DNA of 64,000 nt, from the IMG/VR virus record IMGVR_UViG_3300042154_002208. One strand, 5' to 3'. Numbering within the stretch: position 1 is the stretch's first letter; each line of letters begins with the position of its first letter. This DNA comes from a virus. Taxonomy: Duplodnaviria; Caudoviricetes. Below, piece by piece: positions 63,949-64,000 of the stretch. A model generated the notes under the pieces. The model did no database searches. It saw only the letters and a program-made list of their open reading frames with translations, and had not been told where the DNA came from. A program made the translations under genes and the position numbers.

Positions 63949-64000
63949 ATGGCAGGTATCCCATCCAGTCCAACGGATCGTAAAGCAATTCTTGATTGTA
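63949..64000 (+). CDS. dsbA: Probable T4 DsbA-like dsDNA-binding protein, 3'-truncated
   Basis: MAGIPSSPTDRKAI... resembles DsbA N-termini; near rnh as in T4; only 17 codons visible. Confidence 0.45.
   Translation, partial: MAGIPSSPTDRKAILDC

Noticed and set aside
1-64000. tRNA/rRNA genes and stop-codon reassignment
   Set aside because: No cloverleaf or T-loop (GTTCRANYC) context recognised by eye; core genes read intact in the standard bacterial code. A tRNAscan run would be the proper check.

Overview
A 64-kb segment of a large lytic T4-like myovirus genome. T4-type core genes include gp61 primase, rnh, a partial dsbA, nrdA/nrdB, thyX, dCMP deaminase and probable spanins, and there are TATAAATA-type late promoters. 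Consensus sigma70 early promoters and the spanins suggest a Gram-negative, probably proteobacterial, host (inference). Region 1-31.6 kb is a late tail-fibre/adhesin module. It holds a 1876-aa repetitive fibre and 12 of the window's 13 RCC1/BLIP-II-type 7-bladed beta-propeller paralogues, nine of them in tandem at 15.9-26.2 kb; the 13th is an orphan at 42.3 kb. Each complete paralogue has a short N-terminal beta-peptide and a proline-rich linker. Interleaved is a modification cluster: three 2OG-Fe(II) oxygenase-like proteins, a methyltransferase, a GT-A glycosyltransferase, a sulfotransferase-TPR-GT9 fusion, a second sulfotransferase, and an APS kinase/HxGH nucleotidyltransferase fusion that looks like a minimal PAPS synthase. 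Region 31.6-43.8 kb carries replication, nucleotide-metabolism and lysis genes. Region 43.9-59 kb is a promoter-dense early region of small ORFs. It has duplicated promoter cassettes, back-to-back antisense promoters, an oriC-like element with two perfect DnaA boxes, GATC repeats and an AT-rich tract, a GC-rich structured leader, and an iteron/A-tract element. No tRNA, rRNA, CRISPR array, integrase or reverse transcriptase was recognised. All family assignments come from motif recognition by eye; no database searches were run.
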